From contig CAVOKF010000007.1 in assembly GCA_963696385.1 (NCBI GenBank), forward strand, positions 640,001-704,000: a stretch of 64,000 bases of DNA. The letters run 5' to 3'. Origin of the DNA: an uncultured delta proteobacterium (GTDB lineage: Bacteria > Myxococcota_A > Polyangia > Polyangiales > Polyangiaceae). The translations under genes and the position numbers were made by a program. Shown one piece after another: positions 41,482 through 52,998 of the stretch. Position 1 is the stretch's first letter; each line of letters opens with the position of its first letter. The notes beneath the pieces were generated by a model. That model made no database searches and was not told the DNA's origin. It was given only the letters and a program-made list of their open reading frames with translations.

Positions 41482-42939
41482 ATGAACGCTCGGGCGGTGA
41501 TGGTGCTTGGAACCACGAGCGGGGCGGGCAAGAGCTGGCTTTGTACGGCGCTCTGTCGGTGGTACGCGCGCCGGGGCTTCAAAGTCGCGCCGTTCAAGGC
41601 CCAGAACATGAGCAACAACGCCCGGGTTGTGGCTGGGCCGGGTGGTGCGATGGGAGAACTGGGTAGCGCCCAGTACTTCCAGGCATTGGCTGCTCGTGCA
41701 CCCCCTGACGTCAGGATGAACCCCGTGCTTGTCAAACCCGAGCACGATACGTCGAGCCAGGTCGTGGTGCTTGGCCAGGTGCGAGCGGATTTCGCGCAGG
41801 TCCCTTGGCGCGAGCGCAGCGAGTTGTTGTGGCCTTTCGCTCGCGAAGCGCTGCGCTCGCTTTTGAACGAAAACGAGGTCGTCGTGATCGAGGGCGCCGG
41901 CTCGCCGGCCGAGATCAATTTGCACGCCAGCGACTTCGTGAACATGCGCACGGCACGTGAGGCTCATGCAGCATGCCTGCTGGTGACGGACATCGATCGG
42001 GGAGGCGCCTTCGCGCACTTGTTTGGCACGCATCAATTGTTGCCTTTGCCTGAGCGCGCCCTGATCCGCGGCTTCGTGCTGAACAAGTTTCGCGGCGACG
42101 CGGCGCTGCTCGCATCCGGCCCGAAGGAGCTCGAGGACATGACGGGGGTGCCTACGCTCGCGGTCCTGCCCATGTGGCGCGGCCATGGCCTACCGGAAGA
42201 GGACGGTCTGTTCGACGAGTCCGCCAGCGGCGCTACCGGGACACGAATCGCGATCGTGGCCTATCCGCGCATGAGCAATCTCGACGAGTTTCAGTCGCTA
42301 AGGGACTGCCGGGGCATTGATCTACGATGGGCACGGACGCCGTCCGCACTCGCGGGGGCCGAGTGGATCGTGCTGCCTGGTTCGAAGCACACGAGCGGCG
42401 ACCTTGCCTGGCTGCGAGAACAAGGCCTCGACGCTCCGATCGTGGCCCATGCCGCCGCGGGCGGGCGCGTGATGGGTTTGTGCGGCGGCTTGCAGATGCT
42501 CGGAGGTGACATGGTCGATCCCGACGGGGTCGACGGCTCCGCACGCGGCCTTGGTCTCTTGGCGCTGCACACCCGGTTCGAGCCCACCAAGATGGTGCGC
42601 CGCACCGAGGCGCGCTTCAGCCGCTTGACCCACGGGTGGAACGCGCTCAGCGGTGTCTCATTCGATGGATACGAGATTCGCCACGGGCGGACCACCGTCG
42701 GTCCGGACGTCGTGCAGACTTCCGTCGCCCTTCGAAATGAAGACGGCGAGGCGATCGGATGGCAGCGGGGAAACGTCTTGGCGCTGTACTGCCACGGCCT
42801 CTTCGAATCTTCGGACGTGATGCACGCCCTCTTCGGAGTCGCACCGCGCACTCTCGACGCGATCGTCGAAGGTCTGGCCGACTTCATCGACGTCCACTTC
42901 GAGTCCGGTTCGCTATCCCGCTTGATTCGCGGTTCGTAG
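41482..42939 (+). CDS. cobQ: cobyric acid synthase
   Basis: GTTSGAGKS, PFKAQNMSNN, MNPVLVKP, EGAGSPAEINL, DIDRGG, NKFRGD, LPGSK, GLCGGLQMLG, GYEIRHG, HGLF. Confidence 0.95.
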   Translation: MNARAVMVLGTTSGAGKSWLCTALCRWYARRGFKVAPFKAQNMSNNARVVAGPGGAMGELGSAQYFQALAARAPPDVRMNPVLVKPEHDTSSQVVVLGQVRADFAQVPWRERSELLWPFAREALRSLLNENEVVVIEGAGSPAEINLHASDFVNMRTAREAHAACLLVTDIDRGGAFAHLFGTHQLLPLPERALIRGFVLNKFRGDAALLASGPKELEDMTGVPTLAVLPMWRGHGLPEEDGLFDESASGATGTRIAIVAYPRMSNLDEFQSLRDCRGIDLRWARTPSALAGAEWIVLPGSKHTSGDLAWLREQGLDAPIVAHAAAGGRVMGLCGGLQMLGGDMVDPDGVDGSARGLGLLALHTRFEPTKMVRRTEARFSRLTHGWNALSGVSFDGYEIRHGRTTVGPDVVQTSVALRNEDGEAIGWQRGNVLALYCHGLFESSDVMHALFGVAPRTLDAIVEGLADFIDVHFESGSLSRLIRGS

Positions 42940-43101
42940 TCCGTATTGACGGGGCTTGGTAGCCTCCCCGCTCGGGACGCTCGTGGCGCGAGCGCGGGGG
43001 GAGCACTCTCTCATCGGGCGCGATCGCCGCCGCCGCCCCTGACGCCCAAGCTCGGTGGATCACGATGCGGTCGGGCTTCGTAAAAGGCGACGTGGAATGG
43101 A

Positions 43102-43129
43102 GTAGCACCTTTGCAAACGATCGTGCTAC
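43102..43129. promoter_or_regulatory. NikR-like operator 1
   Basis: GTAGCAC-ctttgcaaacgatc-GTGCTAC, 30 bp upstream of the receptor ATG. Confidence 0.75.
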
Positions 43130-43159
43130 CAGCTCGGCCTCGAGAGGGTCGAGAAGGTC

Positions 43160-45699
43160 ATGGTTCGAGGCGGAAGCACTTGGACGGTGGTTGTCGTGTT
43201 GTCCCTGCTGGCGCCGGAAGCGGCGTATGGACAAGCGACACCTGCGGCCCCGCCACCTCCCGGTCCGGAGGCCATGACGCCTCCCGTGCTTCGCTCTCGC
43301 TCGCAGGCGGTGTACCCGCCCGATGCGCTGCGCAACGGCCTCGAGGGCACGGTGGGGATCGAGCTGTCGATCGACGAAAACGGCCTCGTGACCGAGGGGA
43401 GAGTGACGGCGCCCGCCGGTCATGGCTTCGACGAGGCCGCCGTCGCGGCCGCACGAACGTTCACGTTCGAGCCGGCACACAAGGGCGGCAGGGCGATCCC
43501 CTCGAAGGTCCAATTCGCCTACGAGTTTCACCTGCCCCCGAGCCCTACCCCCGCTTTCCCTGCGGCTGCCGTGACGGCACCTGCGCCGCCCGGACCGCTG
43601 CTGCCGACCTCGCCCCCGCTGCAGGTGGGACCGGACCAAACCACGTTGGTGATCGCACAGCAGCCCCTCGGGGCGCCCGGCCCTCGCAATTCCGCTTCCG
43701 AGTCCACGACCGGTCAGGCGGAACTGTCGCTTCATCCGATGTTTCGGGCAGAAGGAATGCTCGAGGTCGTCCCGGGGCTATTCTCGGTGCAGCACGCCGG
43801 CGGAGGCAAAGCGCAGCAGGACTTCGCGCGCGGATTCAACCTCGATCACGGCACGGACATGGCGTTCTTCGTCGATGACGTGCCCATCAACGCCGTGAGC
43901 CATGCCCACGGGCAAGGCTTCTCGGACCTGCACTTTCTCATTCCCGAGACGGTCGAGCGAGTCGACTCGACGAAGGGGACCTACGCGGCCAACGTCGGCG
44001 ACTTCGGAACCGCCGGCTCAGTCAACTTCCGCATGGCCGACCACACCCCCGAGAGCCTCGCCAAGCTCGAACTCGCCCCGTCGACCGGCCACGAGCGGTT
44101 CGTCGTCGTCGAGTCGCCGAACTTCGGAAACGAGTGGCGCGCGGTGGTGGCCGCGGAGGCGTTCCACGAAAACGGGCCCTTCATCCACCCCGAGGATTAC
44201 TTCCGACTCAACGCCTACGCGAAGGTGACGCGGGTGATCGACGATCACAGCGAGCTGTCGTTCATGGCCATGGCGTACGGCGGGTCGTGGAACATGTCCG
44301 GCGTTCTGCCGGCCCGTGCCGTGTGCGGCGAGGGCGACGGCACGCCACGGCAGCCCGCCTATTCCGGGTCGAACTGCATCAGTCGTTGGGACTCGGTCGA
44401 CCCCACGCAAGGCGGCGCGAGCCAGCGCGTCATGGCGTGGGCGCAGTACCGCTCTCGGTTCGATGCGCACTGGACACTCCAGGCCAATGCCACCTCGCTG
44501 CGTTCGAACCTCCAACTCTTCCCGAACGACGGCATCGCCGCGTCCTTTCAGCCCGACGGGATCCGATACGGATCGCAGATCGAGCAAGACGACACGCGAA
44601 CCGAATCGGGAGCCAACGTTACGCTCAACCACCGCGCCGTGGTCGGCGGCATGCCGATGTACACCACCCTTGGCGTGCAGATCCGCGACGACGACATCGA
44701 ATCGCAACTGCACCGCACCGAGGCGCGCCACCGGCTCGACGGCGTGGACGCCAAGATCCCCGGGCCGATCTACGACGGCCACATCAACGAAACGGAGCTC
44801 GGCGCCTACGTCGAAGAAGAAGTCGAGCCGGCTCCGTGGCTGCGATTGGTCCTCGGGCGCGGGAAGACCGAATTGACGCCGCCGTGAACAACGAGAGCCA
44901 AACGGCCGTCGATCAGGTCTCCGGCTACCAAGGCCAGGCCCAGCTCTCGCCGAAAGCGACCGCCGTCGTGACGCCGGTGGACGAGTGGGACCTCTTCGTC
45001 AACACGGGCCGCGGGTTTCACACAAACGACGCCCGCACACTGTTTCGAGGCCAGGCCACGACGCTCATGGCCTCGGCGATTGGATCGGAAGTCGGTACGA
45101 CGGTGCGTCCGGTGCCCGGGCTTGTGCTCTCGGCGATGGGGTTTCTCATCGATCTCACGTCGGAACTCACGATTGACGGCGACACGGCGTCCACCACGCC
45201 CTCGGGTCCCACGCGCCGTTACGGCTTCGAGACGACGGGGCGTTACAACTTCGACGATCGCCTGTACGCCGACGTCTCGTTTACAACCGCCCATTCCCGG
45301 TACACCGACCCAGCGGACGTGCAGGCCGGTACGGTCTATCTGCCCGACGCGCCCATCCGGACGTTCAGCGCAGGGGCGGGCATCCAGCAACCCGTGGGCC
45401 ATGGCGTCACTCTGATGGGGTCGGCGACCGTGCGATCGATGTCGCACCGCTACGGCGATTCCGGGCCCGCACCGCTCATCGAGACCGGCTGGACGGTCAT
45501 CAATGTCGGGGCGGGGGTGCGCTGGCGGCAGATCGAGATCGTGGCCGATCTGTTCAACGTCGCAGACGTGAAGTGGCGCGAGGGCCAGTTCGAGGTGGCC
45601 TCCCGGCTCCCGCTCGAAGGGACGAACCCGCGGCCTGGGATCAGCTTCACCCCCGGCATCCCGCGGACGCTCATGGTCCATGGCGCTGTGCATTGGTGA
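43160..45699 (+). CDS. TonB_C-fused TonB-dependent receptor (Ni/Co-type), frameshifted near 44857
   Basis: YPPDALRNGLEGTV TonB_C, QHAGGGKAQQDFARGFNLDHGTD, HAHGQG; continues as AREDRIDA...GRGFHTNDAR...FTPGIPR in another frame. Confidence 0.85.
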
Positions 45700-45713
45700 A
45701 CGGAGGTCCCCAC

Positions 45714-46358
45714 GTGAAGACGGCAATCGTGTCCCCCAACGGCATCGTCCGTGTCAGCGCCCTCGTCGGCTGCATGGCCTCTGCGGTTTCGTCGTCTGCC
45801 GATCCCGCGGGAGCGCCGAGCCCCTCGGCGACCGCAAGCCCCGCTGCGCCGACGATTCCAGCGGTCGTGGCTCCCGCACCCCAGTCCGGCTCGCCCGGCG
45901 CGGCTGCACCGTCCGCTTCCGCCGGACGGGAGGCGCCCCTCCTCGCGCCTGCGCCGTCGGCTCCTCCGCCTCCTGCATCTCCGGCCTTCGCGCCTCTCGC
46001 GCCGGCCGCGCCCACGGTCACGCGCGGCACCGTGGCGCTCGCATCCGCAGGCATCTCGCTGGCCGGAGCGGGAGCGGCCGTCGTATTCGGCGTGCTGGCC
46101 CTGCAGAGCAAGCGCGACTTCGACAGAAACCCCACGTACGCGAGCAGTGACAAGGGCAACAACGACGCGGCGTATGCCGACGGAAGCGCCGCCCTGGCCG
46201 TGGGTGCCGCGATGACGAGCCTCGTCCTGTGGCTCACACGGGATAGCGCCACCGTCGAGCCCGTCCCGAGCCCGCGCGCGAAGCACTCCGCGAAAGTCTC
46301 CCCGTCGCTCGTCGTCACGTCCCACGGCGGGAGCGCTGGCGCGCTCGTGCGCTTCTGA
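45714..46358 (+). CDS. Pro/Ala-rich membrane protein
   Basis: GGAGG RBS, signal peptide, two C-terminal hydrophobic segments. Confidence 0.6.
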   Translation: MKTAIVSPNGIVRVSALVGCMASAVSSSADPAGAPSPSATASPAAPTIPAVVAPAPQSGSPGAAAPSASAGREAPLLAPAPSAPPPPASPAFAPLAPAAPTVTRGTVALASAGISLAGAGAAVVFGVLALQSKRDFDRNPTYASSDKGNNDAAYADGSAALAVGAAMTSLVLWLTRDSATVEPVPSPRAKHSAKVSPSLVVTSHGGSAGALVRF

Positions 46359-46708
46359 TGGGATCGGCGATGACATCGAGGTCGAAGACCATCCGGATCG
46401 TCGTTGGATGGGTCACGGTCGCCCTCGGAGCCCCCGGTTGCGAATATTTCGAGGAGCTCGACCGCGGGCTGGTGGATGGGGGCGGCGATTCGGCCTGCCC
46501 TATTTGCAGCGACGTCGACGAGGAGACAGACGGGGGAGAGTCGGACGCAACCGTCGATGCCGCCTCGATCGACGCGAACGCCTCGGACTCGAGCGTCGAC
46601 GCGTCCCCGGCGGACGCGACCCTCGATACCGCATCGGTCGACGCGCCCGGATCGAATGCCGACACGTCTCCATCCGACGCGATCCTCGGCGCGGAAGACA
46701 AGGAGTAG
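46358..46708 (+). CDS. small acidic lipoprotein
   Basis: TGATG overlap, lipobox APGC, DA-rich tail. Confidence 0.55.
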   Translation: MGSAMTSRSKTIRIVVGWVTVALGAPGCEYFEELDRGLVDGGGDSACPICSDVDEETDGGESDATVDAASIDANASDSSVDASPADATLDTASVDAPGSNADTSPSDAILGAEDKE

Positions 46709-46850
46709 TCCGTGACTTTGCGGGACGCAGGGTCGGGCATGCGGTCGGACTCGATGCCGTCGCGCTCGCCTCGAAGGACTTCGACGGGACGGCTCCGTGA
46801 CGAGGATGGGCCGAGGTGTTTTCGCGTGCTCGATGGCTTTCGCCGTCGCC

Positions 46851-47462
46851 CTACCCGATCCGTCCATCGGGGGGCGCATAAACGATTCGCATGAATTCCG
46901 CTCGATTCCGTGCCGCGCATTTCGCATAAATCTGGGTCACGTGCTGACGGATGGTCCGGGGACTGTTCCGCTCGATCTCCGCGATCTCGCGGCTCGTCCG
47001 ACCCTCGACAAGATGTCGAGCGACGACCGTCTCCTTGTCGGTCAAGTTGGCGCGTGCAAACGCCTGGTCGATCCGACGACGGACGTCGCCGGGCCGAGCA
47101 CGAACGCGGCCGATGACCTCGACCAGATCGGACGCTCGGAACGGTTTTTCGAGCAGATGTGCGGCTCCCTGGTTCAGGGCGATCTTGGCCTTCTCGAGAT
47201 CGGCATACGCGGTGATGACGATGATGGGTGCGCGGACTCCGACCCCGCGCAACTCGTTCATGAGAGTGAGCCCGCGCCGGTCGTTGCCTTCCATGACGAC
47301 GTCGGTGACAACGACGTCGACGGGGGCCAAAGCGGTGGCTCGCGCGAGCGCCTCATCGCCACCGCGGGCGACCCTGCAAGTGTATCCCGCACGCTCGATG
47401 GCCATCGCCAGCATCTCGCGCGTGTCGCGCTCGTCCTCCACGAGCAGGACCGTGACCTTCAC
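46851..47462 (-). CDS. response regulator with LuxR-type HTH
   Basis: VLLVEDE, VVTDVVM, VITAY, LEKP, LTDKE...GRTSREIA...RTIRQH; start inferred at GTG. Confidence 0.88.
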   Translation of the reverse strand: MKVTVLLVEDERDTREMLAMAIERAGYTCRVARGGDEALARATALAPVDVVVTDVVMEGNDRRGLTLMNELRGVGVRAPIIVITAYADLEKAKIALNQGAAHLLEKPFRASDLVEVIGRVRARPGDVRRRIDQAFARANLTDKETVVARHLVEGRTSREIAEIERNSPRTIRQHVTQIYAKCAARNRAEFMRIVYAPPDGRIG

Positions 47463-47686
47463 GTCCCGCGCGCTCGACGCGTGAGGACGGGTCTTGCTCG
47501 CTGGATCCGTGAACGAACGAGACTGACCCCCGGCGATTGCAGTCGTAGCGGGCGTGTGCACGGGCAAGGCAATGTACGCGACCGCATGCGTCCGATCCAA
47601 CTCCCGGCGAACGCCCTGTCCGACACTGGGACATCCGACAAATGCCGGATACCCAGCGGAGTGACGGCCTCCTAAGGATACGCCCC

Positions 47687-48277
47687 ATGACAGCGATACA
47701 ACCGAGACGGGGCAGGTGGCACGCCACCCGGATCGGGCGCCGAATCGCCGCGGCGCCCGCGTGTCTCGGCGCCGCCTTGACCATGGCGAACTGCGGAAGT
47801 GGCAACAGCAGCGACAACCGCTGCACGCCGGGCGACGCCGACAGCACCTCCGGCGGGAACGCCCGCTTCGACGTAAACGTCAGTGACACCGGATTCTCGG
47901 TCGGCGGAGTGGACAGCGGCTCGACGGAGCCGAACATCACGACCGAGAATCTCGCGACCGTCACGCTGACGCTGACCAACGTGGGCACCCGGCCGCACGA
48001 CATGGTGATCGGGTGCTTGCCGAGCGGCCTGCCCGCCCAATGCCCACTGCAGGTCTCGTGCTTTCCCAACCCGGACGACGCGGGATCGACGCCGGGGTCC
48101 GTGACGCTCGTCCCGACCGTTCAACCGGGCGCGAGCGCAACGGTGACCTTCGTGACGCCGGTCGTCGAGGGCGCCTACCCGTTCATTTCGAACGAGCCGG
48201 GCGACGACACATCGTTGAACCCCGTCGACGACGGGGGCGTGACCGGCAGCCTCGCCGGCGAGTTTGTGTTGATGTGA
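47687..48277 (+). CDS. cupredoxin-like lipoprotein
   Basis: lipobox MANC, LTLTNVGTRPHDMVI, VQPGASATVTF, GAYPF. Confidence 0.6.
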   Translation: MTAIQPRRGRWHATRIGRRIAAAPACLGAALTMANCGSGNSSDNRCTPGDADSTSGGNARFDVNVSDTGFSVGGVDSGSTEPNITTENLATVTLTLTNVGTRPHDMVIGCLPSGLPAQCPLQVSCFPNPDDAGSTPGSVTLVPTVQPGASATVTFVTPVVEGAYPFISNEPGDDTSLNPVDDGGVTGSLAGEFVLM

Positions 48278-50899
48278 CCGGGCGCGTTGGTGCTTCGGGC
48301 GCGAGCGCGGGGCGGCTCGGCCTGGCGCTATGTCTCGCCTCGTCCGTGGCGCGCGCCCAGATCGTGGCCGCGGAGCCCGCGGCGCCCATCGAGGTCGCGA
48401 TTCCCGCCGGCGCTGCCGCGGTCGAAGTCCAAGTGGTGCTGCAGCTTGTCGTGGACGTGTCGGGGCACGTGGAATCGGCGGTCGTGGTTTCGCACGTTCC
48501 GGCCGACGCCTCGCCGTCGTTCGATCGAGCCGCCCTCGACGCGGTGCACAATGCGCAGTTTCACCCTTCGACGCGCGACGGTCGCGCCGTGCGCTCTCGC
48601 GTGGAGTACGTCGTCGTGTTCCACCCGCCCGCTCCGGTGACGGCCTCTTCCGAACCGAGCACGCCCCTCGACGCGGGGGCCCCCGATCGGATCGACCGGC
48701 TCCTCGCCACCTGCCGTGCTCGCGGCCCCTGCCTCGTCGGTGCCGAAAGCTGCCGTGGCGGCGGCGAGCGCGCCCTTGTCGACCGCCGAGCAAGACGAAG
48801 ACACCGCGCAGGTCGTGCAAGTGCGCGGGATCGGTGGGTCGTCCCCGCGCGGACTCGGCGACATGCGGATCACTCGCGAGTTGCTCGAGGCGTCCCCCCG
48901 CCAGCAGACGAGCGAGATGCTTTCGGCGGCCCCAGGCTTTTTCGTGGACCACGAAGACGGCGAAGGTTTGGGCAACGACGTGTACCTGCGCGGCTTCGAC
49001 CTGGATCACGGCTCCGGGATTGAGATGCGCGTCGGCAACATCCCGATCAACAACCCCGTGCACGTTCAGGGCCAGGGCTACGCGGATGCCAACTTCATCA
49101 TTCCGGAGGTCGTCCGAAGCATCCGCGTGCTGGAAGGCCCGTTCGACCCTCGGCAGGGAGACGGCGCCATCGTCGGAAGCGCTTACTTCGACCTGGGCGT
49201 CGCCGATCGGCACAACGAGCTCAAGGCCACGTACGGCTCGTTCAACCAGGTGCGGATCGTTGGGGTCGCGGCGCCCCAAGGGGCCGACGACGAGACCTTC
49301 GCGGCGTTTGCCGTTCGCAACACGGACGGTTTCGGCGAAAACCGGGCATCGCAGTCGGCCACGATGAACGCTCAATACGGCTTTGACGCCGGCGCGCGCG
49401 ATCACATCCGACTGATCGCCACGGCGTACGGGGCGCGCTCCGCGCTGCCGGGAGTCGTGCGACTGTCGGACGTCGAAGCAGGCCTCATCGGTCTCTACGA
49501 CAGTTACCCGTACTACACGCAAGGACAAGGCGTGCAGGCTTCGCGTGTCAGTCTTGGTGCCGACTTCGACCACGTGGCTCCGAATGGGGCCCGCTTCGAA
49601 TTTGCGCCCTGGGCCATGTGGACGGATTTTCGAGCTCGCGAAAACTACAGCGGCAACATTTACAGCTCGCAGCTCGACCCGGAGCTCGCCGGCGGGATCG
49701 GCGATCTCTGGGAGACGACGAACGTCGAAACCGCTGCGGGGATCACCGCGCGCCTGCGCGCAGCCCCTTGGCACCTGGGATCGTGGCTCGAAGCCACCAC
49801 CGAGTCGGGGGTCACCGTGCGCGCGGGACATACCGATCAGACCAAGAGCTTGATCAGTCCAGAAACGTTGCAGCCGTGGGATCGCCGCCTCGACGCCGGG
49901 CTCGATACGCTCGACGCCGGCGCTTACGTCGACGTCGATCTGCACTTGTGGAGGCGCCTGCGCCTTTCCGGGGGAGTGCGCGCGGACTTGCTCACCGTGT
50001 CGGTGGACGATCGCCTCGGATACGACTATCCGCCCGGACAGGCTCCGGCGGGGGTCATTCCCGGCTCTGTGCGCGCCACGCAGGGGCTGGCGGCGGGCCC
50101 GCGCGTGACGGCCGCGTACGGCATCACGCCGGCGATTGAGCCGGTGGTGTCTTACGGCGAGGGTTTCCGCTCTCTCGACGCCACGGCCAACGTCGCCACG
50201 ACGGCAGGAGCCGCTGGGGCGGGCCCGAGCATTCAGGAGGGGGCCACGCCATACTCAAAGGTTCGGTCGGTCGAAGCGGGTTTGAGGCTCCATACGGCGA
50301 CGGAGCGCTACACCGCGACGCTCTCGCTATTCGAAACCTGGGTGGCCAACGAGATCGTGTTCGAAGCCACTTCGGGGGGCTTCACGACCGAGGGGCCCAG
50401 TGTTCGACGGGGTGTCGTCGGATCGGCCGTCGCGAAGCCGTTCGACTGGTTGCTCGCTTCGATGGCGGCATCGGTCACGTCGGGGACGTTCGATACGTTG
50501 GTTGCGGGAGTGGTCCACTACATTCCGCAGGTTCCGCCCCTGGTCCTGCGCGTCGATGTGACCGCACGCGGCACGTTGCTGGACATCGCCCATCGTCCGC
50601 TCACCGGACGCGTCGGCGTCGGGTACACCTATCTCGCGGGTCGGTACCTGACCGAAATCAACGACACCATCCGGGGACCGTCGAACAATGTCCTCAACGC
50701 GAACGCCTCGCTCCGCTATGGCTCGGTCGAAGTCGGTGTCGACGCCTTCAACGTGCTCCATCTGCGCTACGCCGACGACGAGGAGTATTACGTGTCCAAC
50801 TGGAGCGTCCATCCGGGCACACGCCTTGCGTCTTCGGCCATCCATGAGATGGCTGCGCCCCCATTGACGGTACTCGGCTTTCTGGCGTTGTACTTCTAG
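48274..50899 (+). CDS. TonB_C-fused TonB-dependent receptor, frameshifted near 48685
   Basis: LQLVVDVSGHV..FDRAALDAV TonB_C; then YLRGFDLDHGSG, HVQGQGYAD, SYGEGFRS, C-terminal F; break lies in a G/C run. Confidence 0.85.
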
Positions 50900-50952
50900 C
50901 TCCATCTCCACAGAGCACGGCGCGCAACACCGTAAACGAGATCGACGCTCCC

Positions 50953-51907
50953 ATGGCCCGCTCCGCGAAAACGCCTCCTTACGCGGTCGCCCTTCTGGGC
51001 GCCGCCGCGGGCATTGCCTACGTGGCCTTCGACGTCTTCTCGGAGGTCAGGATTGGGCACGGGACGTTGCGAGGTCCGCTCGCAGACGCTCATCGCGTCA
51101 TCGATCACACGCTGCCGGTCCTTGTCGGAGCGCTCCTCGGCGTCTGCATTCACTCCATCCGGATCCACGCTCGCCTAAGGACCGCCGAGGAAGCCGCGAG
51201 CCGCGCTGATGCTTTGAGAGGCCGGCTGCAGCGGGTGGAGCGAGACCAAGCCGTGTGGGTGCTTGCGGCCGCTGTGCTTCACGAGCTCAACAATCCGCTT
51301 CATGCACTCGTCCTTCTCCTGGACGAGGCGAGCGCGACTCGAACCGATGGGGCGCGCCGGAGCGAATTGGTCGAACGCGCGCGGGCGCAGGCCGACCGTG
51401 CCCTGTCTCGTCTGAGGACGCTTCGATCGATGCGCGCCGTGCGTGAGCCCGAATTCCAACCCATTGCGCTCGCTCAGCTGATCCGTTCGCTCGCCGACGA
51501 AGTCGGTTCGTTGGTGGCCGAAGAAGGGTTGGTGGTGCGCGTCGACTGCGATCGGGCTGTCCGCGCATACGCCGATCCCTCGTACGTCCGAGCCATCCTC
51601 GAGAACCTCGTTGACAATAGTCTCCACGCGCTACGCTGCAGGGGACACGGCTGCATCGCCATCCAGTTGGGCTCGGAGCGGCAGCGAGCGGTGATTCGGG
51701 TGTGCGACGACGGTCCTGCGCTCGATTCGGGGGTCCGGGCTTCTCTCTTCGAGCCATTGGGCACCGCCAAGGCGCAGGGCCTTGGCCTCGGCCTGCCCAT
51801 TGCGCGCGCCCTGGCCCGCGCCATGCGCGGCGATTCTCGTGTTCGAGGACGCATGCGGCAAGGCGTTTCGTCTGGAACTTCCGCTCGGCCAGGACCCGCG
51901 CGGATAG
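50953..51907 (+). CDS. sensor histidine kinase, frameshifted near 51835
   Basis: two TM segments, LHELNNPL H-box, NLVDN, DDGP, LFEP, GLGLGL; corrected end GDLVFEDACGKAFRLELP, stop 51907. Confidence 0.85.
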
Positions 51908-52134
51908 GGAGAGCGCAGAGGCTGGGCCGGCGTGCGCACGAGTACGCGTCCACGGTCGCCATGGGACACGTCGAGGAGGGCCGCCTGGCGAAGGCGGGGC
52001 GCTTGCGAAGGCCGTGTCAGGACTGCGCCACGCGGCGAGCGCGAGCAAGGCTTGCGCCGCAACCGCTGCGAACGTCGCGCCACGCGGCGGGCGCGGCGGC
52101 GGCTTCGAAGGCGCGAAGACTCGGTCGCGCACCG

Positions 52135-52827
52135 TCACCATAGGCGAAACTCGACTGTCCATCGCATCCGGACTCGCACCGGACGGCCGCGTTGGATCGC
52201 GGGCGAGAACCGGTAGGAGCGAACTCCTTCCAACGCCGCCTGCTCGAGCCCGTATCCCGGATGCGACAGTGCGCGCGCCGACTCCACGACGCCGGCGGGC
52301 GAAATGACGATTTCCAGCGGCACGTCGGCCTCCACGCCCTTCTCGCGGGCCAGCTGCGGGTAGACGGGTGCCCCGCCTCGGGCCAGCCGGGCCGGCGTCG
52401 AGACCCCTTCTTCGGGCACCGCCTCCGTGTCATCGCCCGCTGCGTCGACGGAACGCGCAGTGCCCGAGGCCTCCGCGGCTGGCGATCCGATCGCGATCGT
52501 GAACGAAGGGATACCGACGTTCGCGATGGTCGCGGGCGAGCCCCGGGTCGTTTCCGTCGCGGACGCGACGCAAGCCACCTGCAAGCGGGCGGATCCGCGC
52601 GCCCGGAGGCCACCGACCGCCGTCGCGGCGCGACCCCCGGATTCGGCGGGCGCCGTGTCCGCCGGCGGCGGGTCGGGTGGCACTTCGTCGATCTCGACGT
52701 CGGCGGCCGGGTCGGCGAAAGCCAATCGCAGGGCCGGCCGCGGCGCGACCAGAAACACCCCAGCGTGCGCCGCGATGGACGCCGTCAGGAGCAGCGCGCG
52801 CGCCGCGGTGGAGCTCGGTGGGATCAC
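52135..52827 (-). CDS. tonB: energy transducer TonB
   Basis: TM ASIAAH, Pro-rich region, PVYPQLAREKGVEA, GYGLEQAA, FSPA; start inferred. Confidence 0.85.
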   Translation of the reverse strand: MIPPSSTAARALLLTASIAAHAGVFLVAPRPALRLAFADPAADVEIDEVPPDPPPADTAPAESGGRAATAVGGLRARGSARLQVACVASATETTRGSPATIANVGIPSFTIAIGSPAAEASGTARSVDAAGDDTEAVPEEGVSTPARLARGGAPVYPQLAREKGVEADVPLEIVISPAGVVESARALSHPGYGLEQAALEGVRSYRFSPAIQRGRPVRVRMRWTVEFRLW

Positions 52828-52864
52828 GATGCGCTCGTTCTTCGTGAAGAAGACATGGCTTGAA

Positions 52865-52892
52865 GTAGCACCGTTTTTAAGGATCGTGTTAC
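52865..52892. promoter_or_regulatory. NikR-like operator 2
   Basis: GTAGCAC-cgtttttaaggatc-GTGTTAC upstream of tonB. Confidence 0.75.
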
Positions 52893-52998
52893 CCGGTCGC
52901 ATCTCGGCGAACGCAGTCCTCGGCGTAGAAGACGAAGAGTACCGTGTCATCCAGCGTTTCCGTCCGCTCGGCGCCAACGGAGCACTCGCTCGCGCTCG

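Noticed and set aside
6520..49945. Long antisense or alternate-frame ORFs (e.g. 6520..9393, 10564..13497, 19931..22339, 32777..34468, 47672..49945)
   Set aside because: Shadow ORFs typical of high-GC DNA, lying opposite genes with clear motifs
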